Shown here in pieces: positions 8,516 to 18,165 of a DNA stretch of 26,138 nucleotides (position 1 is the stretch's first letter; every line of letters starts with the position of its first letter). Location of the stretch: NCBI GenBank assembly GCA_903829565.1, contig CAIKQM010000442.1:1-26138 (forward strand), written 5' to 3'. The position numbers and the translations under genes were made by a program. The stretch comes from an uncultured Planctomycetota bacterium. Lineage in GTDB: Bacteria; Planctomycetota; UBA1135; GCA-002686595. Under the pieces are notes generated by a model. It was not told the DNA's origin, did no database searches, and saw only the letters and a program-made list of their open reading frames with translations.

Positions 8516-10579
8516 TCAGAGGATATCGAGGATACCCGTGCCGCCTTCGCCTTGGAGCGTCGACACCGAAGCGCGGTAGTTCATATCCGCCGACAGCTTC
8601 GCGTTCCAGGGCAACAGTTCCTTGTCGGCCACGATACCCAACGCCACGGCCGAGAAGCCGCGCGCGGTGTCCGTCAAGCCTTCTTTACGCTTGAGCATGG
8701 CCACCAAGGGATCGATCGAGCGCGAGTCACCGATGAAGCCCAAGCCCGAGGCAATGGCCGCTTGCGAGGCCAAGCTCTTGGCTTGTTCGAGCATCGTCAC
8801 CAGCTCGGGCACCAGTTCCTTGTCACCCAACAGACCGAGCGCCACGGCCGTCTGCTTGAGCAGGTCCGGCTTGTACTTCGATTCCTTGACGACCTTTTGG
8901 ATCGTGGGAATCAAGTCACGGGCTTCGATCATGCCGATGGCCACGGCCACGTGACCGCGCGCACCGTCTTCCGAGGTCTTCTCGAACTTCTCGGCCAAGA
9001 TGGTCTTGGCTTCGGGGTCCTTCGAGATACCCACGGCGATGGCGTACGCGCCCACATGCTCGGGCGAACCAGCGTCCTTCAGCGTTTCGCGCAGCGTTTC
9101 CTTGGCGGTGGCCGAGGGCGTCAAACCCGCGTCGAGCAGAGCGCGTTCCATCACGCCGACGCCGATACCGGCCCACGGCTTGATGTGGTTCTTGCCCTTC
9201 GTCAACGAGGTCAGCAAGAAGTTGCGGCATTCCTTTTGGCCGTCTTCGTTGCCTTCGCCCTGACCCGGGCGACCACCGACTTGGCCCAAGGCCACCATGG
9301 CAAAGTTCTTCGACTGGAGATCGCCGTCATCGCTGATGCGCTTGAGCGCTTCGCGAATCTCGACGTCCATCTTGTCCTTGTCCGTGTCGCCGATGATGCC
9401 CAGAGACAGCACGCAGCTTTGCTGGACGACATCGCGTTCCTTGCTGTTCTTGCCGATGGCTTCGACCAGCAACTTCGAAACGCTTTGCTTCTCCTCGGGC
9501 GAGGCATCCTTGAGCAACTTGCACATCGAGGTCGGTGCATGCGCACGGACGCGATAGTCCTTGTTGCTGTCTTGGAAGTAGCGCTTGAGGTACTTGAGCT
9601 GACCCTGGCGCGACTGATTGGCTTCGGCCGAGTTGCCACCGTCACCGGCATCGTTGTCGATCGGCACCAGACCAATCGCCAACATGGCGGCGACCTTCAC
9701 GTCGGGTTGCGACATGTCGGGCTTCTCGAGCAGGTCGACCAGCGCCTTCATGATGTCCTGACGGGCTTCGTTCTTGGTGGTGCGCGCACCGATCAAGCCC
9801 AAACCGTAGGCAGCGAACGCACGCGTGCGCATCGCCACTTGGTTCGAACCGACGAGCTTGCGGCCCTCCGGCGTGTCGAGCATCAAGTCCTTGAGCTTGG
9901 CGATCGATGCATCGTTGGCCAGGATGCCGAGCGACACAGCCGCGGTCTCCGCGATCTGCTGGCTCGAATCACCCAGGAACTTGGCGATGATCGGCTCGAA
10001 CTCGCTCGAGCCATCTTCGCTCTTCACATCGCCAATCTTGGCGAGGGCGATCAGCGTGCCGTCGATGATGTCGTTGGCGCGTTCCTTCTCGAGCGCTTCC
10101 TTCAGCGCGGGGACGACCTTCGAACGGATCGTTTCCTCGCTGGGCTTCAAGGCGTTCTTAGCCTTGTCCTTGGCACCCGGGTTGAAGAACTCGTCCGAAC
10201 CTGAGGCCACGCCACCGGTGTGGATGGCTTCCTTCAGGTTGAGGTACTTGTCCTTGTTGAAACCCCACCAGAACTCCCACAGCGTCAGGTCCGGACCCGA
10301 AGCAGCAGGACCCGTCACCGGGCCGCGCGGGCCAGCTGCAGGGCCGCCAGTCGACGGTCCAGGAGTCGAAGGACCAGGCGAGCTGGGTCCAGGCGTCGAC
10401 GGGCCGGGCGAGCTGGGTCCGGGCGTGGACGGGCCAGGACCGCCGCCACCGCCACCACCGCCACCCGGAGGTACGGTGTCGCCGGGGCCGCGGTAGGTGC
10501 CGCCGTGACCAATCGTGGTGTCCTGCAGTGCGAGCGAGCCGCACACCAGCAGGGCGCCGAGGAGGAGCAGTTTCTTCAT
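8516..10579 (-). CDS. Secreted HEAT/armadillo-like alpha-solenoid repeat protein with Gly/Pro-rich N-terminal linker
   Basis: Signal-like MKKLLLLGALLVCGSLAL, then HGGTYRGPGDTVPP, a Gly/Pro linker and WEFWWGFNKDKY. Repeated helical units follow of the type ...R/A.AA.ALG.iG (LIALAKIGD, AAVSLGILA, AAYGLGLIG, AMVALGQVG, TAVALGLLGD, IASGLGFIGD, SAVALGIVAD). Confidence 0.85.
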   Translation of the reverse strand: MKKLLLLGALLVCGSLALQDTTIGHGGTYRGPGDTVPPGGGGGGGGGPGPSTPGPSSPGPSTPGPSSPGPSTPGPSTGGPAAGPRGPVTGPAASGPDLTLWEFWWGFNKDKYLNLKEAIHTGGVASGSDEFFNPGAKDKAKNALKPSEETIRSKVVPALKEALEKERANDIIDGTLIALAKIGDVKSEDGSSEFEPIIAKFLGDSSQQIAETAAVSLGILANDASIAKLKDLMLDTPEGRKLVGSNQVAMRTRAFAAYGLGLIGARTTKNEARQDIMKALVDLLEKPDMSQPDVKVAAMLAIGLVPIDNDAGDGGNSAEANQSRQGQLKYLKRYFQDSNKDYRVRAHAPTSMCKLLKDASPEEKQSVSKLLVEAIGKNSKERDVVQQSCVLSLGIIGDTDKDKMDVEIREALKRISDDGDLQSKNFAMVALGQVGGRPGQGEGNEDGQKECRNFLLTSLTKGKNHIKPWAGIGVGVMERALLDAGLTPSATAKETLRETLKDAGSPEHVGAYAIAVGISKDPEAKTILAEKFEKTSEDGARGHVAVAIGMIEARDLIPTIQKVVKESKYKPDLLKQTAVALGLLGDKELVPELVTMLEQAKSLASQAAIASGLGFIGDSRSIDPLVAMLKRKEGLTDTARGFSAVALGIVADKELLPWNAKLSADMNYRASVSTLQGEGGTGILDIL
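10349..10465 (-). repeat. Coding low-complexity repeat: Gly9 followed by six 15-bp units encoding PGPS(T/S)
   Basis: Minus strand reads cct ggc ccg tcc acg / ccc gga ccc agc tcg / ccc ggc ccg tcg acg / cct gga ccc agc tcg / cct ggt cct tcg act / cct gga ccg tcg act (10438 down to 10349), preceded by nine Gly codons. Confidence 0.95.
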
Positions 10580-10677
10580 GGGTAGTTGGCGATCTGCCCA
10601 ACGCGGAGCGTCGAGCTTGGGTTCTGAGCGTGCTCTAGATTACAAACACTGGGCCAAGGCGTAACCGAGACCCCGAT

Positions 10678-10689
10678 TTCTGTACAGAA
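10678..10689. promoter_or_regulatory. Perfect 12-bp palindrome, possible operator upstream of the HEAT-repeat gene
   Basis: TTCTGTACAGAA lies in the 233-bp intergenic region, about 100 bp upstream of ATG 10579. Confidence 0.3.
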
Positions 10690-10812
10690 GCGGGTTTTCA
10701 GGCTGCCCTGCGTGTCCACACGCCCGAGAAGGGGACGCGCCCCACTCTGCCGTGTTTCGATTTCGTATCCGATTTCGCCTGGGTCGACGCGCGACGTAGC
10801 GAAACCGGAAGA

Positions 10813-11592
10813 TCAGTCGCCCTGGTCCTTGCGCTCTTCGCGCTCGGTCAGGACCGCCCCCAGCCAGTCGCGGTTGAGGCGGGCGATGTTCGCCACCGAG
10901 ATGCCCTTCGGGCAAGCGGCGCCACACTCGAAGTGGTTCGAGCAGTTGCCGAACCCCTCACGGTCCATGGCAGACACCATGGCGAGGGCGCGCTTCTTGC
11001 GCTCGGGCTGTCCCTGCGGGAGCAAGCCGAGGTGCGCAATCTTGGCCGACACAAACAACATGGCCGAGGCGTTCGGGCACGCGGCCACGCAGGCGCCACA
11101 ACCAATGCACTGCGCCGCATCCATGGCGCTGTCGGCGTCGTCCTTGGGTACCAGCACCGCATTGGCTGCCGGGGCTGAGCCGGTGTTGACGCTGACGTAG
11201 CCGCCGGACTGTTGGATGCGATCGAAGGCACTGCGATCGACGACAAGATCTTTTAACACCGGGAAGGCCGCGGCGCGGAACGGCTCGACCGTGATGTTGT
11301 CGCCGGACTTGAAGCTGCGCATGTGCAGCTGGCACGTGGTGGTGTTCTTGTGCGGGCCATGGGCTTGACCGTTCAGGACCAAGCTGCACGAACCACAGAT
11401 GCCCTCGCGGCAATCGTGTTCGAAGGCGATCGCTTCTTTGCCTTCCGACACCAACTTGTCGTTCAGGACATCGAGCACTTCGAGGAAGGACATGTCGGGG
11501 GACACGTCGCACGCGTGGGCCTCGAGACGGCCTTCTTCCTGAGCGTTCTTTTGGCGCCAGACGTTGAGAGTGATGTGCATGGATTCGGACAT
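10813..11592 (-). CDS. sdhB: Succinate dehydrogenase / fumarate reductase iron-sulfur subunit
   Basis: CREGICGSC…C (2Fe-2S), [12 protein letters not shown] (4Fe-4S), [12 protein letters not shown] (3Fe-4S). ATG 11592 is chosen because the SD-like GAGGTGA lies 5 nt upstream. Confidence 0.95.
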   Translation of the reverse strand: MSESMHITLNVWRQKNAQEEGRLEAHACDVSPDMSFLEVLDVLNDKLVSEGKEAIAFEHDCREGICGSCSLVLNGQAHGPHKNTTTCQLHMRSFKSGDNITVEPFRAAAFPVLKDLVVDRSAFDRIQQSGGYVSVNTGSAPAANAVLVPKDDADSAMDAAQCIGCGACVAACPNASAMLFVSAKIAHLGLLPQGQPERKKRALAMVSAMDREGFGNCSNHFECGAACPKGISVANIARLNRDWLGAVLTEREERKDQGD

Positions 11593-11602
11593 GGAGGTCA
11601 CC

Positions 11603-13567
<1,965 letters not shown>

Positions 13568-13588
13568 AGGTGGATAGGTGCCGCGCGA

Positions 13589-14242
13589 TCAGGTGTAGAA
13601 GAGGAAGTACAAGGGGAACGAGGCGAAGCCGAGTGCGAGCACCACGGCCAGCCAACGCAGCTTTTCCCAAGCTTCATCGAGGTACGGATGGGCAGCGCCC
13701 AGCGTCTGGAAGGCACTGCGCAACGCGTGCCACAGGTGGAAACCGAGAGCTCCCATACCCACCACATACGCCCAAGGTGTCCAGCCTTGACGCAACTCGC
13801 TCTTGACGAGTGTGTACAAATCTCCTGACTCGCCCGCGAGCTCCTTGCCGATGCGGAAGTTCCAAATGTGCAGGATCAGGAAACCCAACACAATCAGGCC
13901 GGTCCAGATCATCGTCGCGGAGGATGTGGTCTTCTTGCCCTTGTCATTCGCTACGGCGTAGCGACTGCGGCGCGCACGGCGATTCTCGATCGTCACGCGG
14001 ACGGCCAAGCCGATGTGGGCCAAGAACAAGACCAACAAACCAGCTTCTGCCAGCGGCAAGAGCGGGTTCGACTCGATCAGATGGGCATAGCTGTTGAACG
14101 CGCTACCGTCCTTGTCGGCGTAGATCGTCAGGTTGCCAGCGAGGTGGGCCACCAAGAACAGCACGAGCAGCAAGCCCGTGATGGCTGTGATGTACTTCTT
14201 GCCCAGCGAGGACGAGAGGATCTTCTGTAGCCAGGTCGGCAT
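13589..14242 (-). CDS. sdhC: Succinate dehydrogenase cytochrome b558 subunit (single five-helix, di-haem type)
   Basis: SSLGKKYITAITG start. Four His in TM helices (AHLAGN, AHIGL, ILHIWNF, FHLWHA). First gene of the sdhCAB cluster. Confidence 0.92.
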   Translation of the reverse strand: MPTWLQKILSSSLGKKYITAITGLLLVLFLVAHLAGNLTIYADKDGSAFNSYAHLIESNPLLPLAEAGLLVLFLAHIGLAVRVTIENRRARRSRYAVANDKGKKTTSSATMIWTGLIVLGFLILHIWNFRIGKELAGESGDLYTLVKSELRQGWTPWAYVVGMGALGFHLWHALRSAFQTLGAAHPYLDEAWEKLRWLAVVLALGFASFPLYFLFYT

Positions 14243-14243
14243 C

Positions 14244-14313
14244 GAGTAGTTCAGGTACGGGTCGGGTGTAGGTATCTAGTCGGGGGTAGCTAGACACGCT
14301 GCAGAGTAGTTCA
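14244..14313 (-). repeat. 10-bp direct repeat (TGAACTACTC on minus strand) upstream of sdhC
   Basis: GAGTAGTTCA at 14244-14253 and 14304-14313, exactly 60 bp apart. Confidence 0.5.
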
Positions 14314-14385
14314 CGCGCCCGCGCCCTGTCCATATGCACGGCACATCTGCGCGCGTGCGTTGCAGGGGCTCGACGCGAGAATCGT

Positions 14386-14616
14386 TCAGTTGAACGGAAA
14401 GCCCTTGGGGCCTTTGGGGCCGGGGCTGGGGTTGCTGGCACTACCGGCTTGCATGTCCAAGGTCTTGCGCAGCTCCACGAGGCTCTCGCCAAAGTGAAAC
14501 GCCAACCAGACGAACTGGCAGTCGACATTGTCGACCGGATCGTCGACTTCAAAGGCGGCCTTGCAGGTTAGGTCGCAGGGCCGGGCAGCATTCATGAAGC
14601 AGTTCTTTTTAGCCAT
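14386..14616 (-). CDS. Small Cys-rich hypothetical protein (76 aa)
   Basis: ATG start 9 nt after the MaoC stop. Fills an otherwise empty gap and is co-oriented with its neighbours. Motif C6-x7-C14-x3-C18-x14-C33 plus H41. Codon choice looks like the host's (aag, gac, ttc). Confidence 0.6.
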   Translation of the reverse strand: MAKKNCFMNAARPCDLTCKAAFEVDDPVDNVDCQFVWLAFHFGESLVELRKTLDMQAGSASNPSPGPKGPKGFPFN

Positions 14617-14625
14617 GGGTGTCTT

Positions 14626-15066
14626 TCAGGCGCCGTCGCGCTTCATGAGCACTCGCCATTCGCCCTCGAGCACAACCTCGCTGCGGCTGTTGCGCAGTGA
14701 TAGGCCGAGCCGGACCCAGCCACGGCGAGCGTGGGGTGCTGGGTCCCGTTCGAGGACGGTCAGGTCTAGTTGCAAGGTTTCGGGGAACGGCACGGGCTTG
14801 AGGTAGCGCGCCGAGGTGCTTTCGATGGCGACGATGGTGTCGTTGAACCAGCCGATGCGCCAGGCCAACCCGGCGCCGATGGAGGCGACCAAGGCGCCAT
14901 GGGCAATGCGGCCTCGAAACGGAGTGCGCCGTGCGTAGGCCGCGTCTAGGTGCAGGGGATTGTCGTCGCCAGTCAGGGCCGCGAACTGGCTGACCATCTC
15001 CTCGGTCACGGGCGTGCACGGTGAGGTGGCGCTGAGACCGGGGGTGAGGCCTTCGAAGGTGAGCAT
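14626..15066 (-). CDS. MaoC-family hotdog-fold (R)-specific enoyl-CoA hydratase/dehydratase
   Basis: [30 protein letters not shown] hydratase motif (D-x4-H). Start placed at ATG 15066 ([10 protein letters not shown]). Confidence 0.92.
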   Translation of the reverse strand: MLTFEGLTPGLSATSPCTPVTEEMVSQFAALTGDDNPLHLDAAYARRTPFRGRIAHGALVASIGAGLAWRIGWFNDTIVAIESTSARYLKPVPFPETLQLDLTVLERDPAPHARRGWVRLGLSLRNSRSEVVLEGEWRVLMKRDGA

Positions 15067-15207
15067 GCGCGCGGTACGGTACCAGAATCGTCCGAGGGGC
15101 AAATGTGCCTTGCCGCCCCCGCCAGAGGCATTCAAAAGTATCAGAACGTACATTATCAGACACAACTAGGATTGGATTCTTGCCCTAGCCTTCTGCACTC
15201 TGCCTGC

Positions 15208-15831
15208 ATGAAGTCGGCTCCGCTCGCACTCGCTCTCCTTGTGGGACTCACGGCTTGTCGCTCGCGGGACGGTCAAGTCGCCCCGTCGCCCGTGCCTGTA
15301 CCTGTGCCGGCCGTCGATCTGCCTCTGACGCGCGCCCCCTACACCAGCGTCAACGCCAACTTCAAAGAGCGCCTCGAGCAGCCCTACATCTACTTCGAGC
15401 ACCGCGGCAGCTATGTCGAGACCATGCGCGCGCTGCCCCAGTTGGCCCAGATCGCCAAGGACTCTGGCATCGAGCTCGCCGGTCCGCCGTTCGGGCTGTA
15501 CTACGACGACCCGGGTCAGGTGGCTGCCGCCGAGCTGCGCTCCAGGGTCTGCCTGCCCATCGACGCCGGTTCAGTGGATCAAGCCAACCAAGCGGCGGCC
15601 AAGGCGGTCCGTTTGGATCTCTTGCCGCAGGCGACCGTGGTGTACGCCTTTGCCGCGGGAGCCTATCCCGAGGCACCGCGCGTGTTGCCCGGACTGTTGA
15701 AGTACATGCGCTCGATGCGTTGGGTCGAGGCTGGCCCGGTGCGTGAAGTGTATTTGGTGCAGCCTGGTCCGCAGACACCCATGGAGTCATTGGTCTGCGA
15801 AGTGCAGGTGCCCGTGCAGGGCGGCCAGTGA
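15208..15831 (+). CDS. GyrI-like small-molecule-binding domain lipoprotein
   Basis: ATG 15208 gives MKSAPLALALLVGLTA-C (lipobox LTAC). GyrI-like motifs: HRGSY, GPPFGLYYDDP, GAYPE, GPVREVYLVQP…CEVQVPV. Confidence 0.8.
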   Translation: MKSAPLALALLVGLTACRSRDGQVAPSPVPVPVPAVDLPLTRAPYTSVNANFKERLEQPYIYFEHRGSYVETMRALPQLAQIAKDSGIELAGPPFGLYYDDPGQVAAAELRSRVCLPIDAGSVDQANQAAAKAVRLDLLPQATVVYAFAAGAYPEAPRVLPGLLKYMRSMRWVEAGPVREVYLVQPGPQTPMESLVCEVQVPVQGGQ

Positions 15832-15839
15832 TATGCTGG

Positions 15840-15869
15840 GTGATAATGACCAATTTTGATCATTATCAC
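15840..15869. other. AT-rich 30-bp near-perfect palindrome between convergent genes
   Basis: GTGATAATGA-CCAATTTTGA-TCATTATCAC has perfect 10-bp arms; 13 of 15 positions pair overall. GC content is 9/30. Confidence 0.9.
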
Positions 15870-15876
15870 AGGCGGT

Positions 15877-17493
15877 CTATGTGCGGAAGCTCGGGTGCGC
15901 CGAGTACAGCGCGAAACGACCTTCGTCGTCCGGACGCCCGCGCAGCATGTCGCCGGCCTTGAGCCACGGCACCAAGCTGACATCGAGCCGCACGGTGCGC
16001 ACGCTGCCTTCGTAGCGCACCTCCGCCTTGCCGTCGACTTCCAGCGTCAACAGCTCGGCGAGCTCACCACCTTCGGATGCGCGCGTGCGGCGTGCGTTGG
16101 CCTCGGCAATGCGCGGCAGCTCACTGTCAAGTTTCTTTAACAGGTGCTCGCCTTCGTCGCCGAGCTCGATCTCATGCACCTCGCGCGCCCAGCGGCAGAA
16201 CTTGCGCAGCGCAGCGACCAGCTGCTGTGCATCGGTAGCTGTGCTGACCACACCGCGATCCACTGCATAGACACCAGCCCAGCGCGCCAAATCGCGCGCC
16301 GTCAGGTTTTCAAACACGCCCACTTCGCGCGCGCTGTCGCCCAACGACTCCAGAATGCGCAGCTCGGCAGCGCGTGCGGGACCGTGTTCTTGTGCTGTTT
16401 CCCACAGGAATTCGACGATCATCGCACCCACGACCCCAGGGAAATCAGGTGCCGGAGCCAGCTCGTCTTCGTCCGGCTCTGCAGCCAGGCCCAAGTCGCG
16501 CTCGAGCTCATCGAGCATCAAGGTCAACGGGCGACCTTCGCGTGTACCAGCTTGGAAGTGCTTGAGGGCTGTCTCTACGTCCGTGCTGGCGCGTTCTTCG
16601 TGTCCTGCACGCGGCGGCGGAGTGGGCTGCACGCTTTTGCCAGTGCCTGGGCCACGCGTGGACAAGGCATGCCACGCCGTGATCAGCACCTTGCGCGCGG
16701 CATCCAGATCCACGCTGGTGTCAAAGGCGAGCGCATCCAGAATGGGTGCCAAGGCATCGTCGGCGCCATGCACGATGCGCTTGGCATCGAAGGACGCGTC
16801 GGCCAAATCTTGCAGCCAACGTTCGATGTCGAGCGGCGCGATCCCACCCTCATGCAGCAGCTTGCGCGCCTCGGCGATGGCGTCTTGGGCCTCGGCAGCA
16901 CCCGTCACCGCGCCGGCAAACATCGCCTCGAGCTCGCTGCCACCGATGCGCACCACACCGCGGCGCACCTTGCGTGCTTCGTCCAAGTCGGCACGCAGCG
17001 CCTTTGCCAAGGTCGGTGAGCGGCGCACAATCGAGGAATGGGCTAGCGCATGGTCCGCATCACCCAAGGGGAACAAACGCCCCGCGATCACATCGCCGGT
17101 CTGGACCTGGGTGCTGGCGGAGGCCTCGCGGATGGGGTACTCCCCTAGCGAGCCCAGATCGCGCAGCCAGAAGCCCTCTCCGGGTTTGACGCCGGTGACT
17201 TCAAAGACTCCGGTGTGGCTGTCACGCAAGGCACGGTAGGTGCCTTCATCCTCTAGGCCGCTGGCTTCTCCCAGTTGAGCCCGCAACAGGTCAATCGTCG
17301 GCCCATCCGGCCCTGCCGACTCGCACACGAACCATTCCAAGTGCCGGCGCCGCGAGGCGACATCCGGCGAGACCGCGGCCGCAGTGCCAGCATTGGGCGG
17401 GCCATAGAACTCGGGGATCGTGGCGGCGAAACGCGCGGCGAGCTCGTCGTCGCGCAGGATGAGCACGCCGAGGCGTGCGAGGCAGTCTTCCAT
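15877..17493 (-). CDS. Hypothetical multidomain protein (about 538 aa); possible OB-like and integrase core-binding (SAM)-like segments
   Basis: Long ORF with normal codon style. Start placed at ATG 17493 (MEDCLARLG) because the ORF-track start overlaps cvpA. Domain guesses come from pattern similarity only (see findings). Confidence 0.75.
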   Translation of the reverse strand: MEDCLARLGVLILRDDELAARFAATIPEFYGPPNAGTAAAVSPDVASRRRHLEWFVCESAGPDGPTIDLLRAQLGEASGLEDEGTYRALRDSHTGVFEVTGVKPGEGFWLRDLGSLGEYPIREASASTQVQTGDVIAGRLFPLGDADHALAHSSIVRRSPTLAKALRADLDEARKVRRGVVRIGGSELEAMFAGAVTGAAEAQDAIAEARKLLHEGGIAPLDIERWLQDLADASFDAKRIVHGADDALAPILDALAFDTSVDLDAARKVLITAWHALSTRGPGTGKSVQPTPPPRAGHEERASTDVETALKHFQAGTREGRPLTLMLDELERDLGLAAEPDEDELAPAPDFPGVVGAMIVEFLWETAQEHGPARAAELRILESLGDSAREVGVFENLTARDLARWAGVYAVDRGVVSTATDAQQLVAALRKFCRWAREVHEIELGDEGEHLLKKLDSELPRIAEANARRTRASEGGELAELLTLEVDGKAEVRYEGSVRTVRLDVSLVPWLKAGDMLRGRPDDEGRFALYSAHPSFRT

Positions 17494-17593
17494 CGGCGTG
17501 GTGGTCACAGGGCGGCTCCGGTCGGCCCTACAGTCTATGCATGCTGTTTTGGGTTTGCATGGGCGCAGCAGAAAGGGCATCACAAGTATCTCC

Positions 17594-18124
17594 ATGATCG
17601 CCCTCGCAGAACCCATCTCCTTTCACTGGATCGACGCGGTTGGCCTTGTGCTGCTCGCGGTGTTTGGTTTTCTCGGCTCGCGGCGAGGTTTGTGGTGGCA
17701 GACCGTGCGCTTGTTGGGCGCTATCGCCACGGTAGCTGTGGCGCGTGCACTCGCGCCGCGCGCGGCTCCCGCCATGATGGACATGTTCACCGGCTTGGAT
17801 GCGTCCGTGGCGGACGGCCTCGTGTGGGTCTTCATCGTGTCGGTCGGTTTCTTTGTGGTGGCCTTGGTTGGCCGCATTGGTCGCGAACAAATTGAGGCGG
17901 CCGAGCTCACCAGTGTCGATCGCGTGGGCGGCGCCCTGTTGGGGCTGGCCACGGGTGTCGTGGTCTTTGCGGGAGTCATGATCGGAGTCGCCTTGGTGGC
18001 AGGTCAGCCCTTCGCTGACAAGCACATCGTCGGCACGACTTCGGAACGGGTGCTGACTTCGCTCGCCGACACCGTTCCGGGATTGCTCGATGTGCATGCA
18101 GCAGAGACACTTTCGAACCACTGA
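17594..18124 (+). CDS. cvpA: CvpA (colicin V production) family membrane protein
   Basis: WIDAVGLVLLAVFGFLGSRRGL… and DRVGGALLGLATG… are the two family-typical motifs. About 4 TM helices. Start ATG 17594. Confidence 0.85.
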   Translation: MIALAEPISFHWIDAVGLVLLAVFGFLGSRRGLWWQTVRLLGAIATVAVARALAPRAAPAMMDMFTGLDASVADGLVWVFIVSVGFFVVALVGRIGREQIEAAELTSVDRVGGALLGLATGVVVFAGVMIGVALVAGQPFADKHIVGTTSERVLTSLADTVPGLLDVHAAETLSNH

Positions 18125-18136
18125 GTCGGCCTGCGC

Positions 18137-18165
18137 TTGACAGCTTGCGCGTCTCGTGGTGAGGT
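18137..18165 (+). promoter_or_regulatory. Candidate sigma70 promoter for the riboswitch-led operon
   Basis: Perfect TTGACA at 18137-18142, but a weak -10 (TGAGGT) at 17-bp spacing. A second TTGACA sits at 18170-18175. Confidence 0.3.

Noticed and set aside
8552-10204. 550-aa antisense ORF opposite the HEAT gene (likewise 11564-12628, 12686-13828, 5053-6030 and 3686-4528)
   Set aside because: These are in-register antisense shadows typical of high-GC, strongly biased genes. They show no family motifs and have His/Arg/Gln-rich non-protein composition.
10349-10465. CRISPR-like or mobile repeat array
   Set aside because: The units are in-frame, degenerate at third positions and have no spacers, so this is a coding peptide repeat.
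15139-15188. TATCAGA direct repeat (15139, 15154) and CTAGG/CCTAG stem in the MaoC/GyrI divergent promoter region
   Set aside because: The motifs are too short to distinguish from chance in an AT-richer promoter region without comparative data.
15840-15869. dif, parS or matS identity for the AT-rich palindrome
   Set aside because: It does not match the XerD arm (TTATGTTAAAT-like), parS (TGTTTCACGTGAAACA) or matS (GTGACRNYGTCAC). Kept as an unexplained element.
17494-17616. Longer start (17616) for the 579-aa ORF and longer start (17420) for cvpA
   Set aside because: The two extensions overlap each other's genes head-to-head. The shorter starts leave a plausible 100-bp divergent promoter region.
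17594-18124. Bacteriocin locus implied by the name 'colicin V production protein'
   Set aside because: CvpA is a widespread housekeeping membrane protein, and no bacteriocin, immunity or exporter genes are adjacent.
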